From contig JAXGNU010000004.1 in assembly GCA_040767805.1 (NCBI GenBank), positions 32,001-96,000 on the forward strand: DNA of 64,000 bases, in the 5' to 3' direction. This DNA comes from Thermovirgaceae bacterium. GTDB taxonomy: Bacteria > Synergistota > Synergistia > Synergistales > Thermovirgaceae. Shown one piece after another: positions 63,676 to 64,000 of this stretch. Each line of letters opens with the position of its first letter. Positions within the stretch are counted from its first letter, which is position 1. The translations under genes and the position numbers were made by a program. A model generated the notes under the pieces. The model was not told where the DNA came from, made no database searches, and saw only the letters and a list, made by a program, of their open reading frames with translations.

Positions 63676-64000
63676 TTGACCAGGAAGGACATCACCCCCC
63701 GGAACCTAGAAGGGGACGCCGGTGAGGAGCGGGAAAAGGAGGCCGGAACGGCGGAGGAGGGTTTCAGGGAGATCCTGGACTCCGTGCCGGAACTCATCCT
63801 GAGGTTCACCCCGGACCTGGTCACCACCTTCGCCAACAGGACCTACTGCGATTACCACGGGGTAAGGTGCGAAGACATCGTGGGGAAGAGCTTCAAGGAT
63901 CATGTTTACCCCGGCGACATGCCGTCACTCAAGGAGAGGCTCATGGGCCTCACGCCGGAGAACCCCGTCCTGGCGGGAGAGGAAAGGACCCTCATGGCCG
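63676..64000 (+). CDS. PAS-domain signalling protein (5' part only)
   Basis: GGAGG then TTG; FREILDSVPELILRF...FANRTYCDYHG...IVGKSF..HVYPGD PAS pattern; open to the window end. Confidence 0.75.
   Translation, partial: MTRKDITPRNLEGDAGEEREKEAGTAEEGFREILDSVPELILRFTPDLVTTFANRTYCDYHGVRCEDIVGKSFKDHVYPGDMPSLKERLMGLTPENPVLAGEERTLMA

Overview
GC-rich bacterial chromosome segment, most consistent with an anaerobic amino-acid-fermenting Synergistota member (inferred from the 16S, a lipid A acyltransferase and the methylmalonyl-CoA/Na+-decarboxylase cluster). It contains housekeeping genes, a minus-strand rrn operon (16S-23S-5S, no spacer tRNA), a ~15.5 kb type I secretion/giant adhesin locus, a propionate-pathway cluster, a TPP riboswitch-thiT unit, gyrA, trehalose genes and enolase. 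The main result is a complete IS110 (IS621-like) element, 9060-10369, in the 23S-5S spacer. Its left end encodes a fully readable bridge RNA. The four guide segments match the reconstructed target (TTCACGA-CT-TACGA) and donor junction (ACGGTAT-CT-CGTA). The programmed target is a 7-bp tandem-repeat family (CGTRART) that recurs elsewhere in the window with empty target sites. Second, three rRNA intervening sequences (16S h44, 23S H25, 23S H68) share a near-identical 13-bp terminal stem around unrelated loops. Third, an IS1595-like protein lacking its first catalytic motif sits, with its own intact promoter, at the head of the adhesin/T1SS cluster.
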